A stretch of DNA of 11,179 nt from Candidatus Multivoradales bacterium. Its GTDB lineage: Bacteria; Acidobacteriota; Thermoanaerobaculia; Multivoradales; JAHEKO01. The notes beneath the pieces are model-generated. The model had not been told where the DNA came from and searched no databases. It saw nothing but the letters and a program-made list of their open reading frames with translations. The stretch covers positions 1 through 11,179 of the forward strand of contig CBDCVR010000005.1 in NCBI GenBank assembly GCA_965223155.1. The letters run 5' to 3'. Made by a program: the position numbers and the translations under genes. Positions 9,233-11,179 of this stretch are shown one piece after another; the stretch's first letter is position 1, and every line of letters begins with the position of its first letter.

Positions 9233-9841
9233 GTGACAATGCGGGTGGCGATCCTGCTCTCCGGCCGGGGCTCCAATTTCTTGGCGCTCCACGGTGCAAT
9301 CGAACGCGGAGAGTTGCCGGCCGAGCTGGCGGTCGTGATCTCGAACGAAGCCGAGGCGCAGGGGCTCGAGAAGGCTCGCTCGCTGCGCCTGCCCAACGTT
9401 TGCATCCCGCACCGGCTGGAGAGCTCCCGAGCCGCCCACGAAGACAAGCTCCTGGCCGCCCTCGATCACGCCGGGGTGGATTGGATCTGCCTGGCTGGAT
9501 ACATGCGGCTCTTGTCCGCGGAGTTCGTTGCCCGCTATCCGCTGCGGGTGCTCAACATTCATCCTTCGCTCTTACCCGCCTTTCCAGGTCTCAACGCCCA
9601 GAAGCAAGCCGTTCGCTGGGGCGCCAAGGTCTCGGGCTGCACCGTCCATTTCGTTGACGAAGAGCTGGACCACGGCGCCATCGTGGCGCAGAAGGCGGTG
9701 CCGGTGCGGGATGACGACAACGCGCTCTCGTTGTCGGCGCGGATCCTGGCCGAGGAACACAAGCTCTATCCGGAGGCGCTTCGGCAGCTTCTGACCCGGC
9801 GCTGGCGGATCGATGGCCGGCGGGTTGTGTTCTCAGGCTGA
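9233..9841 (+). CDS. purN: Phosphoribosylglycinamide formyltransferase PurN
   Basis: AILLSGRGSN, CLAGYMRLL, LNIHPSLLPAFPG, GCTVHFVDEELDHGAIVAQ and RILAEEHKLYP motifs. Start is either GTG 9233 or ATG 9239. Confidence 0.97.
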   Translation: MTMRVAILLSGRGSNFLALHGAIERGELPAELAVVISNEAEAQGLEKARSLRLPNVCIPHRLESSRAAHEDKLLAALDHAGVDWICLAGYMRLLSAEFVARYPLRVLNIHPSLLPAFPGLNAQKQAVRWGAKVSGCTVHFVDEELDHGAIVAQKAVPVRDDDNALSLSARILAEEHKLYPEALRQLLTRRWRIDGRRVVFSG

Positions 9842-9847
9842 GGCGCG

Positions 9848-11179
9848 ATGCAGGAAGCCATGGACGAAAGCCGGATCGACCGCGACGAGGAAGCCGGGAG
9901 TGCTTTCGGCTGGGCGCGGCGGGTACTTGTGGCCGTGGCGATTCTCGTGGCGGCGGTGGTCCTCGGCTACCTTATCGGCGCCAACTGGTTTCTGAATTCC
10001 TCCTGGGGCAAGGCGCGGCTGAATCGCAAGCCGGAGAAGCTCTCGATGAGCTGGGAGCGCGCCTGGACCGTGATCCCGGGACTCGTGCATCTTACGCAGT
10101 TCGATCTCGCCGGCCGCGCGCGTCGAGCCACCTGGGAGACGCACATGGACTCGGGCCGGGTGTGGATCTGGCTGCCGTCCCTGGTGCGCCGCCATATGCG
10201 GGTTGTCTCCGGCTCCGGCCGGGGTGTTTCGGTGGCGGTCGACACGTTGCCGCCGCCGACCACGCCACGGCCCGAACGGCGGCGGCGCGGCTGGCGCATC
10301 TCTCTTGATCGTCTCCGGCTCGACGAGATCGAGCGTTTGCGTATGAACGAGTACAGCTTGACCGGCCCGGGCAGGATTCTGGGCGGCGCATTCTTCGAGA
10401 TTCGCGGGCCGATGCGGCTCGACTTCGAGCGGCTGCAATTTCCGGAGGCGCAGCTTGTTGCCGGTGACGCTGTGGTGGCCGAGTCGGTAGCCCTGGACGC
10501 GAGCCTCGAAGTCGAGGAGATCACCATCGGCGAGACCACGGTCGCGGATCTTCTTGCCGAGCTCTCGGGCGAGATCGATCTCGCCGCTCGCACCTCGAGC
10601 CTGGGTTTCCTTGCCGCCTATCTCGAAGCGTTCCCCTGGATCCGGATCGGAGGCGCCGGCGACCTGGCCCTGGATCTCGAGGTCAGCCACGGCTGGCTGG
10701 CTCCCGGAAGTAGCCTGACCTTCACCGGGCCGGAGCTCGCCGCTACCTACTTCGGACTGCGGGCCGAGGGCTCCGGGTCGGTCACCGGCGGCGTCCCGGA
10801 GGACGCCAGCCACGTACGGCTCGAAGCTACGCTCGATCGGTTCGGGGTCGTGCGTCCCGCCGACGGCCGGCGCCTGCTCGAGGGCGAGGGCCTGCGCCTC
10901 GCCCTCACCAACGATTCGAATGCCATCGACCGGCCCGCGGAAGGCATCGCCGTCGAAGTCGAGCTGCCCCGGCGAGCGTGCCGGAGGTGGCGGCGCTGTC
11001 GGCGTACCTGCCCGAGAGCCTCGATCTGGAGATCCGCGGTGGCTCGGGCGAGATCGAGGCCCGGCTCGACTACGACAGCGTCGAGGATCTGGGCTCGGGC
11101 TCGCTGGTGGTCTCCGGCAAGCGTATCGCCGCCGCCTTCGAGGACGCGGCGTTTGTGGCCGATGCGCGGCTCGAGGCCA
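9848..11179 (+). CDS. Membrane-anchored, beta-rich envelope protein, possibly AsmA-like (partial, runs off the window; probable -1 indel near 10968)
   Basis: Open frame from ATG 9848 (or 9860) with no stop before the window end, so it is missing from the ORF track. Reads MQEAMDESR...WARRVLVAVAILVAAVVLGYLIGANWFLNSSWGKARLNRKPEKLSMSWERAWTVIPGLVHL..., i.e. one N-terminal TM helix followed by alternating hydrophobic/polar beta-strand patterns. Protein-like sequence continues in another frame after the C-run at ~10966 (ASVPEVAALSAYLPESLDLEIRGGSGEIEARL). Confidence 0.7.
   Translation, partial: MQEAMDESRIDRDEEAGSAFGWARRVLVAVAILVAAVVLGYLIGANWFLNSSWGKARLNRKPEKLSMSWERAWTVIPGLVHLTQFDLAGRARRATWETHMDSGRVWIWLPSLVRRHMRVVSGSGRGVSVAVDTLPPPTTPRPERRRRGWRISLDRLRLDEIERLRMNEYSLTGPGRILGGAFFEIRGPMRLDFERLQFPEAQLVAGDAVVAESVALDASLEVEEITIGETTVADLLAELSGEIDLAARTSSLGFLAAYLEAFPWIRIGGAGDLALDLEVSHGWLAPGSSLTFTGPELAATYFGLRAEGSGSVTGGVPEDASHVRLEATLDRFGVVRPADGRRLLEGEGLRLALTNDSNAIDRPAEGIAVEVELPRRACRRWRRCRRTCPRASIWRSAVARARSRPGSTTTASRIWARARWWSPASVSPPPSRTRRLWPMRGSRP

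Overview
High-GC bacterial DNA carrying a de novo purine biosynthesis cluster on the + strand: the 3' end of purQ, then purL (small PurSQL type), purF and purM, and later purN. Between purM and purN, which are usually adjacent, sits a ~4.3 kb divergent gene pair. One gene is a minus-strand PAPS-dependent sulfotransferase. The other is an intact 1100-aa exported protein that follows the domain order of animal CLCA proteins (zincin HExxH peptidase, VWA/MIDAS, beta-sandwich domains). It is decorated with inserted modules: a Cys-rich minidomain, a ~165-aa segment resembling the flagellar hook FlgE D2 domain, a MopE-like D-rich loop inside the VWA domain, and TSP3-like Ca-binding repeats. After purN comes a membrane-anchored, beta-rich protein (possibly AsmA-like) that runs off the window and is absent from the ORF track. 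Many single-base indels in purL and purF, and one each in the sulfotransferase and the last gene, look like long-read sequencing error rather than pseudogenisation. All family assignments come from motifs read by eye and compared with remembered consensus sequences; no searches were run.
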